Shown piece after piece: positions 12,907-25,100 of a stretch of 64,000 bases of DNA. Both the position numbers and the translations under genes were made by a program. The stretch is from Squalus acanthias. Taxonomy: Eukaryota. Below the pieces are notes generated by a model that worked only from the letters and a program-made list of their open reading frames with translations, was not told the DNA's origin and made no database searches. Location: NCBI GenBank assembly GCA_030390025.1, contig CM059425.1, positions 174,098,001-174,162,000 on the forward strand, written 5' to 3'. Numbering within the stretch: the stretch's first letter is position 1; the number at the start of each line of letters is the position of its first letter.

Positions 12907-13790
12907 GGGGGGGAAATTCGGTATCGCCCCGTTTGTGCCGCAATTATCGGCCAGGTGCAAAGTTTAGCGCCTGTCGCTAATTATCGCCTCCGACTGCAAA
13001 CTTAGCTTCTACCACCCCTGGAGGTGATTGGAGTGCTAAATCAGCTGCTACACACCTCTCTTAAGGCGCTAACGTTGAGGAGCGAGGAGCGAGGCGCTAC
13101 CTCGAGCGCTGGCGAAGCTCATGTGATGTCAGTCAGCAACGGAACACAGACACACTGGCACTGGCCAGTTCTTAAAGAGGAGGGTCAATTTTGCTCTCCA
13201 TCCACACCCTGCTCATTGCAGCCTTGAATCTCGGCCTGGGGAGACCTGTACATCAAATCTGCTGGAAAGAACAATGAGAGGCCTAGGGAAAGAGCTCAGA
13301 GTGCAGCCCCCTCAGTCTCTTCTAAATCGATGCAAGGAAGATCAAATCAAAATTAACCTGCAAAGTGCTGCTCAGTACCCAAAACTCCTTCACACAGCGT
13401 TGAATCTCTCCAAAAGTCTCTCTCTCTCTCAGAATGCGTGGTGCAAAAATGTCACCGACAAAAAAAGGCAGAAAGCGGTCGCCTTTAAATAGCGTGCCCC
13501 CTGTCCTTCCCGACTGCAAAACGTTCCCCCTCAACCTGTCATTGCTAGCGGCAGGCGGAAAGGCAGGGGGTGCCACTCAATATCCGGTCCGGGGTGCTAC
13601 CGGGGCTGTTGCACGTTCAACTGACATCACGATCTGTGGGCGCAGGAGATCGTGGTGGTAGTGTGTAGCGCCACCGCAAAATGTCTGGTCAATTTTGTGA
13701 GCAGCACAAAAATTGCCGCACCCAGGCGCTAGTTGCTTTGCACCCCATAGGGCACTAACGGGAGGCGCAAAGCAACCAAATTTTCCCCCC
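12907..13790 (-). mobile_element. Harbinger MITE (884 bp), an internal-deletion relative of the 24170-28414 element in opposite orientation
   Basis: TIRs GGGGGGGAAATT and AATTTTCCCCCC; TSD ATA. The left part matches the reverse complement of ~28075-28414 and the right part matches ~24170-24560. Confidence 0.9.
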
Positions 13791-15140
13791 ATAGAGTCAT
13801 AACGGCACAGAAGGAAGCCATTCGGCCCATCGAGTCCGTGCCAGCTCTCTGTAGAGCAATCCAGTCAGTCCCATTCCCCTGCTCTATCCCCGTAGCCCTG
13901 CAAGTTTATTTCCCTCAAGTATCTATCCAGTCTCCCCTGGAAAACATTGAGTGTCTCCGCTTCCACCACTTCCGTCGGCAGCGAATTCCAGGTCATCACC
14001 ACTCGCTGCGTAAAAAAGTTTTTCCTTACATCCCCCCTGTAACTCTTGCCCAAAACCTTAAATCTGTGTCCCCTAGTCCTTGTACCATCAACTAGTGGGA
14101 ACAGCCTTTCCCCGTCTAGCCTATCCAAACCAGTCATAATCTTGTACACCTCTATCAAATCACCCCTCAACCTCCTTTGCTCTAATGAAAAATAATCCAG
14201 CTTCTCCAACCTGTCCTTGTAGCTATGATCCCCCATCCCTGGAACCATTCTGGTAAATCTCCTCTGCACCCTCTCATCCTTCCTAAAGTGTGGTGACCAG
14301 AACTGGACGCAATACTCCAGTTGTGGTCTAACCAGCGTTTTATATAGGTTCAGCATAACTTCTCTACTTTTGTACTCAATACCTCTATTTATGAAGCCCA
14401 AGATCCCATATGCTTTGTTAACCACTCTCTCAATATGTCCTGCCACCTTCAGGGACCTATGCACATTAACTCCCAGGTCCCTCTGTCCCTGCACACTCTA
14501 AAAACTGTGCCATTAAATGTATATTGCCTCTCCCTGTTCTTTCTGCCAAAATGCACCACCTCACACTTCTCTGTATTAACTTCCATCTGCCACTTGTTTG
14601 CCCATTCTGCTAGCCTTTCTATGTCCTGTTGCAGTCGATTGGTATCATCATCACTGTTTGCCACACCCCCAAGTTTGGTGTCATCGGCAAATTTAGAAAT
14701 TCTACTTTGTATTCCAATATCCAGGTCATTTATAGATATCAAAAAAAGCAGTGGCCCCAGCACTGACCCTTGGGGAACACCACTGTCTACCAGCCTGCAG
14801 TCTGAAAAACAGTCATTTACCACAACTCGCTGTTTTCTGTCCTTAAGCCAATTCCTTATCCAAGCTGCCACTGACCCACCTATTCCATGAGCCTCAATTT
14901 TGTTAACCAGCCTTCTATGTGGTACTTTGTCAAACGCCTTCCGAAAATCCATGTAGACAACATCCATTGCATTCCCTTCATCAATCCTCTCTGTTACTTC
15001 ATCAAAAAATTCAATTAGATTAGTCAAACACGATCTGCCTTTTACAAATCCGTGTTGGCTCTCCTTAACTAGCTTAAACCTCTCCAAGTGCCCGTTAATT
15101 TTTTCCTTGATTATTGTTTATAAAACTTTACCCACCACTG
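13791..15140 (-). mobile_element. 5'-truncated CR1 LINE (RT and 3' UTR); its tail repeat continues at ~12894-12906
   Basis: QHGFVKGRSCLTNL, DFRKAFDKVPH, GVPQGSVLGP, KFADDTK, LVRPQLEYCVQFW; one frameshift near 14490; (CTATGACT)n-type tail. Confidence 0.92.
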
Positions 15141-17984
15141 GGTCTCATGGACAAGATGAGCGCAGAGAGGTCATGAGGGGAGATCAGAGAGAAACTGGAG
15201 AATGATGTGAGTTCAGGGCTAGGACAGGGGGGAACTTTAGAGGAAGTTTGGCCCAGTGGGCTAGGGGAAGGAAGGGAAGTGACAGAGGCAGCTGAACGGA
15301 TGATCTCAATCTTAGAGACAAAGAAGTCCATGAGCTCCTCACACTTGTTGTCGGAGGTGAGGGTGGAGACAGGGGAGAGGGGTTTAAGAAGACCGTTAGC
15401 AGTAGAGAGTAGGAGCCGGGGTTTATCTTTGCATTCCAGAATGATTCTGGAATAGTGAGCAATTTTGGCAAACGAGAGCAGGACTTGATAATGCTTTATG
15501 TGGTCCAGCCAGATCTGGCGGTGAATGGCTAATCCAGTTGTCCGCCATATCCGTTGAAGTCTACGTCCCTTGGAATTAAGGGAGTGAAGATGAGAGTCGT
15601 ACCAGGGGGAACGGCCAGGGTGAGAGAGAGTAATTCTTTTAGTAGGGACTAGGGCATCAAAGGTGGTGGTGAGGGTGTGGTTGAGCAGATCGGTAGCTAC
15701 AGAAATGTCATGGTGAATGGAGGGCCAGAGGCTGGACAGTTGGGATTTCATAAGTGCAGTTGGGAGAGAGTTTTTTCCAGGGGCAGACACAGAAGGAAGT
15801 AGGGTTGGGGGGGGGGGGGGGGGGGGGGCGGTGGAAGGGGGATGTGGGTGCAGAGCGATACGAGGAAATGGTCAGAGATGGCCTTATCTGCAATTGACAC
15901 AATGGGAGTAGCGAGGCGACGAGAGATGGCAAGGTTGAGGGGGTGACCGTGAATATGGGTTGGGGAGTTTACATGGAGGGAGAGATTAAGGGAGGATAGG
16001 AGGCTAGTGAACTCAGAGGAGAGAGAGCATGATGAATTGAGTTGGAGGTTGAAATCACCGAGGATGAGAAGTCGTTTGGTGCTGAGGGAGGAGAACAGTG
16101 ATGATATCTCAGTAATAAAATTGTTATGGTACTTGGGTGGGCGGTAGAGAACAAGAATTTTAAATGAGAGGTGAGAGGGGTGGAATAAGGTGAGATGCTC
16201 AAAGGAGGAGAAACTGCCGGAGGAATAGGGGTACAGACCAAGGTGTGATTTGGTGATGAGAGCCACACCGCCACCACGGCGGTCTGAGCGGGGCAAGTGG
16301 TGGAAGGTATAGCCAGGTGGGGAGGCTTCATTTAAGGGTAAGGTGTCATCAGCCCTCAACCAAGTTTTCGTCAGGGCCATGATGTCGCTGCAATCATCCA
16401 CAATAAGCTCATGGATGGCAAGGGCCTTGTTCACAAGTGACGGACATTCTGGAGGGAGATGCGGAGAGGGTCGGTGATGGCTGCCCCACTGCCAGCATCC
16501 AAGGGTCAGCGCTGGGGGGAATGAGTTGGATGGGAAGGAGATTGGCAAGATTTGCCCCCAGTGGGTGCGCTGGGTGGGAAGGTTGGCGAGAGAGTAGGAT
16601 GGGACAGTTGGGGTTGCTGCTCGTAAGGCGGCAGCGACGAGTGCCTCGATGGGCCCTTCGTAGGATACCCAAAGAGGCACAGAGACAAGTCCAAATGGGA
16701 GTAGAACTGAATAACTGAAAGATTTCTCCTACTAGAAAGTAATTTTTAAATACACAAGCAGATAGATCGGGAAGTACTTTGTACTGAAGATACTCCCCAC
16801 AGGATGTCCTTCTCCTTTCATTGTACTAAAACTGTTTATATTCAGTTTGCATGTTTATGTGAGGGGCTGTCTGCTGAATGCATTTTTCTAATTTAACAAT
16901 CTCTGATTTGCATATTTGTTAAAATGTGCATACTGGGATTATGTTCCTCTTGTGCTTAATCCCTAGAACTACTTCAGGAATTTCTCAAAATATATAAATT
17001 ATAATAATCTGTTGGTGTTAGTCTAAAGTTCTATCTGCATGACTCATTTTTAAATCAGCAGTTTGTGTAATCATTGAAGGGAGTGGGTGCCCCTGTTACC
17101 AACTGTTAATGATAAGGCTGCATGCCAGTACTGATAAAATTTATTTATATTACTGCAACATGTAGAGTGCCAAACAGCCACAAATATTGAAACTTGAACT
17201 AGAAGCGGCTTTCTTCTCTCTCTAGAAGATTTTGCTTACCATTTTGAAAATCCAATCAGCAATATAGTTAAAAATTATGGCATAGTATAGCTTCAACAAC
17301 TTTATATATTTTAAGAGAAGAGAATATAGCCTTATGTAGTCATTAACACTTTTACGAAATGTCTCAGTTCTCTTCAATATTTTATTTCACTCATTATCCC
17401 TATGACATCCTGCAATGGGAAATCATTTGTTGAAGTGTTAGGTGTGATTAAAAACCAACCTAGATATTTTTTAAATATTTAACAAGAGTAAAGAAAAATT
17501 ACATAAATTATTGATGATAGCAGAGAAAACCATGGGTGACTTTCAAATTTATTAAGAAAAATCTGATCCTTTGTACCATACAATACAATAAGGATAGGTT
17601 CTACTAGATTTTGTTTAAGAAATATACCCTAAATATTTAATACCATGCAATCTTTAAAATAACTCCTATCTAGTTCCATTCCATAGAAAAATGGTCAAAA
17701 ATCCAGAAATGTGGCAGGTGGCAAGAGTGATTCATGATGCTGTGAGGTTCTGACTTGTCCAGGTACGCTAGCTGTGCTGGCAGTCTGTTCTTCCAGGCCA
17801 AAAAAAAAGTAAAGGAACATATGTCAAAATGCTGCCTCAAAGGAACATTTTGAAGTAGTCTTTGCATTGTATTGTTCTGAGCATATCTTGTATTATTAAT
17901 GCCCATGTGCACCAGAAAGCAGTACAGAAAAAGGAGCAAAAACCTGTAATATCAGGTCTCCACCCCTTTTGTAGATGACGACAG

Positions 17985-18370
17985 CAACAGCTTGCATTTA
18001 TATAGTGCCTTCAAAGAAAAAGAAAGTCCCATGGCACTTTTCTGAGTAGTAATAATGAGAATGAAATAGGGTAGAGAATTTAGGAAGTGTGCTTGAATGC
18101 AAAAAGATAGGTTTTGGAAAGGTCTTTAAAGGAGAAAGACGTAGAGAAGTGTAATGAGGTTTATCCCATTTATCCCTCAACCAACATCACTAACAAAAAC
18201 GATTACATGGTTATTTATCTTCTTGTTGTTTGTGGGACCTTGCTGTGCCTATATTTGCTGTTGCGTTTCATCACATTACAGCAGTGACTACACTTCAAAT
18301 GTACTTCATTGGCTGTGAAGTGCTTTGGGATGTCTTGAGATTGTGAAAGGCGCGATATAAATACAAGTTA
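17985..18370. mobile_element. Degraded L2 3' end (-) abutting the 3' half of a SINE (+)
   Basis: Similarity to the L2 tails at 5135 and 11322 and to the SINE at 34762-35210. Confidence 0.65.
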
Positions 18371-18383
18371 CATAGAATTACAT

Positions 18384-19005
18384 GGGGGAAAATTTTGGTG
18401 GCGACCCATTTGGGGCGCTAACTTCGTCAGGGCGCTACTTTTAGCACCCTGAAAAAGTTAGCACCCCTGCGCCGTAAATTAAGTGGTAGCGCCCAAGCAG
18501 GAGGCGGGGCGCTACTGGAAGCGCTCTACCTCCTTCCTGTGGTGAATATCGCGGCGCTACGTGCAGCAGCACCACGTGCGTCAGCACATAGCGCCGCGGA
18601 ATGCAGGCCTCCCTCCCCTGATTAAAGGAGAGGGGCCTAGTGCTGCATGCACCGGGGCCCTGCTGGACCACCAGGGAGTGGGGTGCCGGGAAAGCAGCCC
18701 AGCACTCAAGAGGAGTGCCAGGCTGAGCGATCGCGGCTGACAACCCGAATAAAAATGGTGAAGGGGGCAGGTGTTGGCAGGCGGCCCAAAAGAAATGGCC
18801 GCCCGACACCTGCCCTTTTAATTGCGCCGCTGCGGCTGCAAAAACGCCACCCTGACCCTGTCGGACATATCATCCAGCAGTAGTTCAGGGGGCACAGCTC
18901 AAGTTTGCGGCCGGGGTGCTGCGCACGGCGATGACATTATCGCCGGAGGCGCAGCACTGCGGGGCGCTACCGGCTACCGCTGCCGCTAACCTCCCGCTGA
19001 ATTTG
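18384..19005. mobile_element. Harbinger MITE fragment with GC/CpG-rich subterminal sequence
   Basis: Starts GGGGGAAAATTT directly after a CR1-tail-like CATAGAATTACAT; many GGCGCTA motifs; no right TIR found. Confidence 0.7.
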
Positions 19006-19545
19006 GTTTTGTCTGTAAATTTTTAAATTGTACTTCCGATTTCCAAGTCCAAATCATTTATGTAAATTGTGAACCACAGTCGTCCCAGCACTGATACCTG
19101 TGGAACACCACTTGCCACCTTTTGCCAGTCTGAGTAGCTACCCTTAACCCCTATTCTCTGTTTTGTAGCCAGCTTGCTATCCATTCTGCTTCTTGTCTCC
19201 TGACTCCACATGCTCTGACATTAATTATGAATCTACTATGCGGTACCTTATCGAAGGCCTTTTGAAAATCCAAATATATTACATCTACTGCATTACCCTC
19301 ATCTACTCTTTCTGTTACTTCTTCAAAGAGTTCAATAAGGTTGGTCAAGCATGACCTTCCCTTTTAAAATCCGTGCTGAATACTCTGTTATATTTTCGGC
19401 TTCTAGGTGTTTTTCTATTACATCTTTGAGTAAAGATTCCATCATCTTTCCTACCACCGACGTTAAGGTAACTGGTCTATAGTTCCCTGGACTTGTTCTA
19501 TCTCCCTTTTTAAATATAGGAATCACATTAGCTGTCAGCCAGTTC
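19006..19545 (-). mobile_element. CR1 RT fragment
   Basis: PIFKKGDRTSPGNYRPVTLTS, YLDFQKAFDKVPH and SGVPQVSVLG in shifting frames. Confidence 0.88.
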
Positions 19546-19769
19546 TTTCTGTCTTTAGGTGTTGAGTTCCATGTGGAACTGAGTTTAAAGAGACTGAGAT
19601 TGTCACGCTGTCAGACCTTCGCTGAAGTTTTCCTCCTGCTTTTTTCCTGTTCTCACTGAAGTATTTGTAGAGGCTTTAGAGCAATTACTGTAATACTGCA
19701 CCAGAGGTGCAAATTAGTCAACTTTGTAGATGATACTGAACTAGGAGGGACAATGAAACCTGAGGAAAA

Positions 19770-20095
19770 AAGAAAGACTTGCATTTATACAGCGCCTTTC
19801 ATGACCTCAGGACGTCCCAAAGCGCTTTACAGTCAATTAAGTACTTTTTTTTTGAAGTGTAGTCACTGTTGTAAGGTACAAAATGCAGCAGCCAATTTAC
19901 ACACAGCAAGCTCCCACAACAGCAATGTGATAATGACCAGATAATCTGTTTTAGTGATGTAGATTGAGGGATAAATATTGGCCAGGACACTGGGGATAAC
20001 TCTCCTGCTCTTCTTCAATATAGTGCCATGGGATCTTTTACATCCACCTAAGAGAGCAGACGGGGCCTCGGTTTAACAACTCATCCGAAAGACTG
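19770..20095 (-). mobile_element. SINE (DeuSINE/SacSINE1-like), 5'-truncated
   Basis: High similarity to 31890-32357 and 34762-35210; tail AAAGGCGCTGTATAAATGCAAGT shared with the L2 3' end. Confidence 0.8.
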
Positions 20096-20544
20096 AGGCA
20101 GCCCAATTATGGAATGAGTTAGACGAAATATGTAACTAGGCAGAACAATGGCAGACAAATGCAAAGTACTGCACATAGGAAAGAAAACTAACAATGCATG
20201 TACTCAGTGAATGGTGCTGAAATAGCTAAGGATTACATTTGAAGAGACCTAGGAGGTTGGTAGATTTAACTCTCAAAGGCCTGAAAATCCTCGACCCTTC
20301 TTGTGCACACCTGCCGCAACACCAGGTCCCAACCTTGCCTGGAATTCACTGTGACCTTCGTTTGGGTTGGAGCCTCCGCCAAACCCATACAGGGTCATTG
20401 ACACGCGGTGGAGGGGCAGGAAATTCCTACATTGGGAGTTCCGCTTCCATGGACTAGGAGGAGATTGGGACATATCCAGTGGCCGGTACACTCAGTGGGA
20501 AGAGTCATGCTGGTCTGCTGAATATCAGTTGTGGAGTCCACTTT

Positions 20545-20952
20545 GAACTTTTCATTAGAGCAAAGGCGGTTGAGGGGTGATTTGATAGAGGTGTACAAGA
20601 TTATGACGGGTTTGGATAGGCGAGATGGGGAAAGGCTGTTCCCACTAGTTGATGGTACAAGGACTAGGGGACACAGATTTAAGGTTTTGGGCAAGAGATA
20701 TAGGGGGATGTGAGGAAAAACTTTTTTATGCAGCGAGTGGTGATGACCTGGCATTCGCTGCCGACCGAAGTGGTGGAAGCGGAGACACTCAATGTTTTCA
20801 AGGGGAGACTGGATAGGCACTTGAGGGAAATAAACTTGCAGGGCTACGGGGATAGAGCAGGGGAATGGGACTGACTGGATTGCTCTACAGAGAGCTGGCA
20901 TGGACTCAATGGGCTGAATGGCCTCCTTCTGTGCCGTTATGACTCTATGAAC
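20545..20952 (+). mobile_element. CR1 3' end, same subfamily as 13791-15140
   Basis: Nearly identical in reverse complement to 13795-14190 (FSLEQRRLRGDLIEVYKIMTGLDR); tail TATGACTCTATGA. Confidence 0.9.
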
Positions 20953-22114
20953 TCCTTACGAAGGGGGCAGAAGGGGCACTTTGCTCTTCCTTCCAGGGAG
21001 CAGCAGCCCTCCCCAGACCCAGCTGACTATGCTGCAGTATGCGGCCTCAAGGGAAGAGCGAGCACCTGAGATCATTGCCCCACATGTTTTCTAAGCCATT
21101 ATATCCAACAAGAGCAGAGCAGCAATCAACAGATTAAATAGAATGCTGAACTATGTAACCAAAACAGTAGAATAAAACTCCGAGAAGTCATCACCAAATT
21201 GTACCAAAGTGCTCTGGTCAGACTACTCATCGAGTATAGTGTTCAGTTCTGCTCACCAAGACAAAGGGAAATATTCAAATGCTGGAGGCAGTAAAGAGAA
21301 GAGCCACATGGCTAAACCCTAGTATTAGAGGAAAGACTGGAGAAATTTGGGCTTTCATCCTTGGAAGGAGGTATCTGAGAGGTGATCTCATTGAGACATT
21401 TAAAAATGGTTTGGAAAAGGTAAACGTGGAAAATTACTTCAAACAAAATTGAGAGAGTTGGCCAAGGAACATTGGTTCCAATTCATAAAAAGAAAATTTG
21501 GCACTGATATTCAAAACTTCTTCACCAAAGGAGTGATCATTACATTCAACTGACTTCCAGACAGAGTAATGGAGGTGAAAGCCCTCGAATCAGTTCAGAG
21601 CCAATTGGATGCTGTAGTGGGGGTACTATAGAATCTTTCTGGACAGATGAGCTAAGATGGGCTGAATGGCCTTGCTCATTCTTGTATATCTTATGATCCT
21701 GTCAATATTAGTTCTGGGACTGTGAGATTAGCCACATGACCAACTCTACTTGGAGAGCCACTACTGATCTTTGTACAAATCTATATCATAAAATTAAAGT
21801 AACATAATTCTGATTAGATATTAACAGGAGAAATGCTCATGTATTTTGTAGTATTTTGTTTTGTTCCCATAAATGTGCAGATTTTTTTTTCTTTGTATAA
21901 TATTTACTTTTGTCATCATTGCTGCAAAACCTCAAAGACTGGTGTGGGAGAAATGGGTTTTGCTTCTTGGGACACTGGCACCAGTACTGGGACGGGAGAG
22001 AGCTGTCCCGTTGGGACGGACTTCACTTGGCCAGTGCTGGGACTAGAATCCTGGCGAATCGAATAACTAGGGCTGTAGAGAGGGGGGGAGGTTTCAAGAG
22101 AGCGAAGAATAAAA

Positions 22115-25100
22115 ATGTCAGCGGAGAAGGCAATAGAGCAAATTAGCAGTGGGGAAATTAAAAACCAGAGCGTGTCAGGAAGGGACAGAATATATAAAGA
22201 TAAAGGTAAAGTAGTAAAGGGGGTAAAAGCAGGAATAAATTGTTACAAAACATGTTTAAAAGTTCTTTATCTGAATGCACGCAGCATTCGTAACAAAATA
22301 GACGAGTTGATGGTACAAATATCTATACATGGGTATGATCTGGTGGCCATTACAGAAACATGGCTGCGAGGTGACCATGACTGGGAACGAAACATCCAGG
22401 GGTATTTGACTATTAGGAGGGACAGACAGGAAGGAAAGGGAGGTGGGGTGGCTATGTTAATAAAGGATGGAATCACTGCAATAGTGAGAAATGATATTGG
22501 GTCAAAGGATCAGGATAGTGAAACAGTTTGGGTGGAGATAAGGAATAATAAGGGGAAAAAGTCACTAGTGGGCATAGTCTATAGGCCTCCTGACAGTTGT
22601 AACTCTATTGGTCGGAGTATAAATCAGGAAATAGTTGGGGCTTGTAATAAGGGAACAGCTATAATCATGGGAGATTTTAACTTTCATATTGACTGGACAA
22701 ATCAAATTGGGCAGGGCAGCCTTGAGGAAGAGTTCAGAGAGTGCATTAGGGATGGGTTCCTTGAGCAGTATGTTACTGAACCAACCAGGGGGCAGGCAAT
22801 CTTAGATCTGGTCCTGTGTAATGAGACAGGATTAATAAAAAATGTCCCAGTAAAGGATCCCCTTGGAATGAGTGACCATAACATGGTTGAATTCCAAATT
22901 CAGTTGGAGGGTGAGAGAGTTGGATCTCAAACCAGCGTACTAAGCTTAAATAAAGGAGACTATGAAGGTATGAGAGCAGAGTTGACTAAAGTAGACTGGG
23001 AAAATAGATTAAGGTGTAAGACGGTACAGGAGCAGTGGTGTACATTCAAGGAGGTATTTCACAACTTGCAAGAAAAATATATTCAACTGAGGAAAAAGGG
23101 GCGTAAAAGAAAAGACAGCCATCCGTGGCTAAGTAAAGTAATAAAGGATAGTATCCGACTGAAAACAAGGGCTTATAAAGTAGCCAAATCTAGTGGGAGG
23201 ATAGAAGATTGGGAAGCATTTAAAAGCCAGCAAAGAATAACTAAAAGATTCATTAAGAAGGGGAAGATAGATTATGAAAGTAAATTAGCAAAAAATATAA
23301 AAACAGATAGCAAGAGTTTCTACAGTTATATAAAAAGAAAAAGGGTGGCTAAAGTGAATGTTGGTCCCTTAGAGGACGAGACCGGGAAATTAGTAGTGGG
23401 GAACACGGAGATGGCAAATACGCTGAACAAATATTTTGTATCAGTCTTTACAGTAGAGGATACTAAAAATATCCCAACACTGGACAAACGGGGGGCTATA
23501 GGGGGGGAGGAGCTAAACACGATTAAAATCACTAAGGAGATGGTACTCGGTAAGATAATGGGACTTAAGGCGGATAAATCCCCTGGACCTGATGGCTTAC
23601 ATCCTCGGGTCTTCAGAGAAGCAGCGGTAGGGATTGCGGATGCATTGGTGGTAATTTTCCAAAACTCCCTGGATTCGGGAAAGGTCCCAGCAGATTGGAA
23701 AACTGCTAATGTAACGCCCTTATTTAAAAAGGGAGGTAGACAAAAGGCTGGAAACTATAGACCAGTTAGCCGAACATCTGTGGTTGGTAAAATGTTGGAG
23801 TCCATTATTAAGGAAGCAGTAACAGGACATTTGGATAAGCATAATTTAATCGGACAGAGTCAGCATGGTTTTATGAAGGGGAAATCATGCTTGACAAATT
23901 TGCTCGAATTCTTTGAGGACGTAACAAACAGGGTGGATAAAAGGGAATCAGTGGATGTGGTGTATTTGGACTTCCAAAAGGCATTTGATAAGGTGCCACA
24001 CAAAAGATTACTGCACAAGATAAAAAATCATGGGATTGGGGGTAATATACTGGAATGGGTGGAAGATTGGCTATCTAACAGAAAACAGAGAGTTGGGATA
24101 AATGGTTCATTCTCGGGTTGGCAATCAGTAACTAGTGGTGTTCCGCAAGGGTCAGTGCTGGGACCCCAAGGGGGAAAAATTCAGTTGGTTGCGCCTCCCG
24201 TTAGCGCCTTAAGAGGGCGCTAATGGGGCGCAGCAATGTTTGCGCCGCTCGGGAACTTAACTAGACATTGTGCGGCGGCGCTAAACTTTACCGCCGCGAC
24301 CACCTGCGCGCGCAGATTGTGACGTCATTCCATGGTGCAATGCCCTTGTGGCGCCCCGGAGCGGAAATTGAGTGGCGCCCCCTGCCTTACCGCCTGGCGC
24401 ATCCAACGACCGGAAGACTGGAACGCTATCAATCGCTGTGGGGCTGGGGGGGGCGCTATTTAAAGGGGGCCTCTTCCTGTCTTTTTCTGTGGTTGACATT
24501 TTTGCACCACTCGTTCTGAGAGAGAGAGAGATTCGGAGAGAGAGAAAGAGAGACTTCTGCATTGAGTCAACGCTTTGTGAGGTAGTTTTGCCTACTGATC
24601 CTAACTTCGCTGGTACTTTGGTTGCTGTCCTTCATAACTTTGCTTGCAAAGAGACTATGGGGGCTGCACTGATTGGGGGCGTCGTCCTGCTCCAGCTGAA
24701 TCGGAGGACACAGAGACGCAGAGAGAGAGTGGCAATGATGGCCAGACGGAGGAGGGCCAACAGGTGTATCTACAGGAGAGCTTACCCTCCCAGGGTATAT
24801 CGTGAACAGCTCTCCTACATTCATATGTCTGAGGAGCTGTGTTTGCGAAGGCTGCGATTCAGCAAGGAGGTGGTCACTGAGCTCTGCCACCTGCTGCAGC
24901 CAGATCTGCAGCCTCAACTGAGGTCCAGGACGTCTCTGTCGGTGGCAGTGAAGGTCACAGTGGCTCTCAACTTCTATGCTACTGGCTCATTTCAAGCTGC
25001 TGCTGGGGACCTCGCCAATATCTCCCAGTTCGCGGTGCATTGCTGCATCCGGCAGGTCACAAATGCCCTCTTTAAAAGGAGACGAGAGTTCATCTCTTTC

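Larger units (their letters stand above)
11322..16680 (-). mobile_element. Near full-length degenerate L2 LINE (APE endonuclease and RT), split at ~12895/15140 by a CR1 plus MITE insertion
   Basis: Endonuclease motifs MALTKTWL, GGGVAL, LYRPP and LILGDFN (15748-16450). RT motifs QSGFRP, LDLSVAFDTVDH and MYADDTQLY (11750-12620). The L2 sequence resumes at GGGTCTCATGG ~15140; (TTG)n tail at 11322. Confidence 0.9.
19690..21700 (+). mobile_element. Old degraded CR1 3' part, interrupted by a SINE (19770-20095), a probable MITE (~20278-21097) and a younger CR1 3' end
   Basis: Remnant FVDDTELGG, LVRLLIEYSVQF and CR1-type 3' UTR ending TCTTATGATCCT. Confidence 0.7.

Noticed and set aside
15807..15828. 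Poly-G run, and poly-C near 46420, as G-quadruplex elements
   Set aside because: Simple homopolymer expansions inside repeats, with unreliable length.
24372..24656. N-terminal extension of the 481-aa ORF
   Set aside because: It begins at GTG inside subterminal repeats; the paralogue at 46562 supports the ATG at 24657.
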